Shown piece by piece: positions 61,201 through 64,000 of a stretch of DNA of 64,000 bases. Position 1 is the first letter of the stretch. Each line of letters opens with the position of its first letter. Origin of the DNA: Epiperipatus broadwayi (lineage: Eukaryota > Animalia > Onychophora); NCBI GenBank assembly GCA_028023455.1, contig JAQFVV010000010.1, forward strand, positions 2,356,001 to 2,420,000, written 5' to 3'. The notes beneath the pieces are model-generated. The model ran no database searches. It worked only from the letters and a program-made list of their open reading frames with translations, and was not told where the DNA came from. A program made the translations under genes and the position numbers.

Positions 61201-64000
61201 GTATGCCTCTTTTACCTTTTGCTTTCTGTCATCATGTTCAGTACAGATGATCTTAACATTTACTGAGTCAAAAATGTGGCTAGACTATTGTTTGTGCTCT
61301 AAGAAAATAGATTTATATTCAGAATCATTTCTCACATATTTATATAAGTACTTATGTTGTGAAATTCTGGTGGCAGTGTTTGCACGAGACTCCTCATAAT
61401 ATACTGATCTATAAGAGACATTAGTATATTCAATTTTATAAACAATCTGGGGGGGGGGATCCTGGGATATTTTATCTTTTGTATTATTTAATAGTAATAA
61501 AATTAATGTTTATTTTCAGTCATGTTTAAATTTGTAATGAAGAGAAGGGTCTATTATTGAAATCCAAGAAATTTACAAATCTAAAAAATGTTCCGGAATT
61601 AGAAATTTCAGATTAACAGTAAGATTGTTTGAAATAATAAGTATGATCTTTACACAATGTTAAAAAGATCTGTATTGATAAATTTATAGAAAAGTTTGCA
61701 TGAAAAACATACATCTAAGACTAAAACAACGAATAAAGATAAAGATGATAAAAATTAAGAATGGCAGTTGTCATAAAGTTAAGATCAGATTAACTTATTT
61801 CATATTTAAAAAGTTGATTAATAAGTTATGGGAATAATAAATAAGATGTTATAGTAAAAATTATATAATGAAAATAAACCTAATTTTAACAAATTTTGTT
61901 AAAACTAATTTTAGAGATTGACAATATTGAAAAGAATAAATGGAAAGATTATTGAGAAATCATGAAATGGACAAGGTGTATACTGTGCTTGAAATATGAA
62001 TAACTAATTCAACTCTGTAAGTCCTCAGAATTTTTTATTATTAATCTTTCACAAATCTTTTATTATTCTTCTAGGTACAGCATACAGCTTCTACATCACT
62101 CTTTGAAAAACCTCAATTTTTTGACTATTTTTTCTGAAGGGGGAAAAAAAAAGGCTTGGAAAAGATTGTGAGACCCATGTCCAGCAGCTGTCTTTTGGCA
62201 CATAACTATTGATGATGCTTAACATATTATGCATAATAAAATAAAATTTTTTTAAAAATTAACTCATTCTTGAGAAATCTCAGTAGTTTGGGAAAAGGCA
62301 AGTGATTTATTTTTTGTATCTCTGTAAACTTTCTTTGTAAGTTAAAAATATAGTTTATAGTAATTTTTAAAGTTTACTAATAGCGTGTGTTACATTATGT
62401 ATTTAGATTTTTATATAATCTTATTGAGAAATAATATCATAAAGATATAATTGATTATTAATTTATTTAGTGTACTAATTTTTTTGACAGCTTAATTATT
62501 AATAAAATACCATGAAGGAACTCCCTAGATTCCAATCAGGAGAAAAAATTACTAATGGCTTTGTTAACTTCTTCAATTCTGTCATTGTAACTATAGATTT
62601 GACAGTCAATAACTATGAGTTTCATAGTTTGTGTTTGAAGACATTTATATAGATCAATGGCTGATAAATTCTATTTTCAAATTAGAGAAACACAATAATC
62701 ATGCATTAATTTGGGTTGTGTCTAGAAAAATCAAATTCAGTAGATTTTATTGTTGGATCTGGAAAAAAAAAATTGCTCAGAATATCATAAGAATTTCAAT
62801 TTTTACATCATAATTCTTCGATTATAATTTATTTGCTTAACACCTAGAAGGGGCTTCTTGATTTAAGATGAATATTAGGAGATGAAACTATATCTTGAGT
62901 TATTAGCAAGTCCAATCTGCTTAACAACTTTTTATTCATTTTCTCTGAAGCAACTTCTCTCCTGACATTTTGGTAGAGGAAAATATAAGAAACAAAACAA
63001 AACAGATTACCACTGCAAAGAAGGAGACTTGAGTATACCAGTAATATTTAATTGTAAATCCAAAAATTTAGTTTGGAAACTTTTCCTTGAAATAGGAACA
63101 TAGTATTCGCCATCAGAATATGCCAGTGCAAAAGAAGCTGTCCTTTAAAATATTTTCATCACAATCTCAAGTAATGCCAATTAGCTTTTTTAAGAAATTA
63201 TACCTAAAAATTAATTATGATATAACTTGAGCTAAATGAGGAAAATAAATTAGGCCTGAATCAAAGGTTGCTCCTAAATAGGATTGTATTTTAGTATATC
63301 ATGGAAAAGGTTATATATAATTCCTAGTTGTTTAGATAGAAGATTGAGATTATTTTCATTGGATTCAGTATAAGATCTCAGACTTTGATAAACATTTTAT
63401 CTTTTTATATTCATATTGGGAGATTTCTCTAGTTCAGGAAAGGATTTGTTTTGAGAAATCAAAGTATTATCATCAGCATAAATTAATTTTCTTATCGTGA
63501 AGTTCACTGTTGAATAAATTAAAGTAATGAGTGAACAGAGTCTGAGAAAGACTGCTCTACAAAATTTTGTATCTATTATGACTAATGATGTTGATTGGAA
63601 CTTATCATCATTCTCAGCTGAGTAAAATAAAAACTGTTTGGTCGATTGAATTTAATTCTGTTTAACCATTTCGTAGATGCACAAAAAATCATACAACTTT
63701 CTGAGCAACTTACCATACGAGTATTACTTTTTACAACACATACTGTATATTCTACTTATCAAAATTTTATTATATAATAAATTTCATACATACAATGTTT
63801 AAAAACAGCACCGTCAATCAAAACAATAAAAAGATTATTTTAAATTCAATATTTACAACTTTATCTTAGTACAAAAGCAATCAGATTATTGTTTATTTCT
63901 ACATAACATTGATAAACTTGTTTTTGTTGTAAAAACTAGTTCAATAATAGAGAACTTCCTGTCACAATATTTTCCTATAATTTTATTATTTTTAACGCGA

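Noticed and set aside
61170-63200. Several candidate host exons on either strand
   Set aside because: Phases are incompatible or in-frame stops occur; no recognisable protein; part of 62.5-62.8 kb looks more like decayed LINE ORF2

Overview
AT-rich eukaryotic (probably invertebrate; species not identifiable from sequence) genomic window made almost entirely of decayed retroelements and simple repeats. No intact host gene is recognisable apart from a candidate first coding exon with a CpG-rich promoter at about 5.45-5.5 kb (minus strand). Main contents: (i) at least four unrelated Penelope-like element (PLE) families, mostly inserted as head-to-head inverted pairs with 12-13 bp target-site duplications (TSDs), each carrying a minimal hammerhead-ribozyme (HHR) motif in its 3' pseudo-LTR. 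One family has a tRNA-like Pol III box pair directly upstream of the HHR, another has a U3-A8 covaried core. (ii) A roughly 12 kb single-orientation (TATC)n field at 15.1-31.8 kb, interrupted by three TSD-flanked insertions. (iii) A four-level nest, PLE > RTE LINE > Ty3/Gypsy LTR element > tRNA-derived SINE, at 37.4-48.1 kb. (iv) A second truncated Gypsy at 8.9-12.4 kb. (v) A LINE with a PHD + SGNH-esterase ORF1 at 55-60.8 kb, interrupted by a 1.5 kb near-perfect PLE palindrome encoding GIY-YIG. All alignments and folds were done by eye; boundaries without TSD support are approximate.
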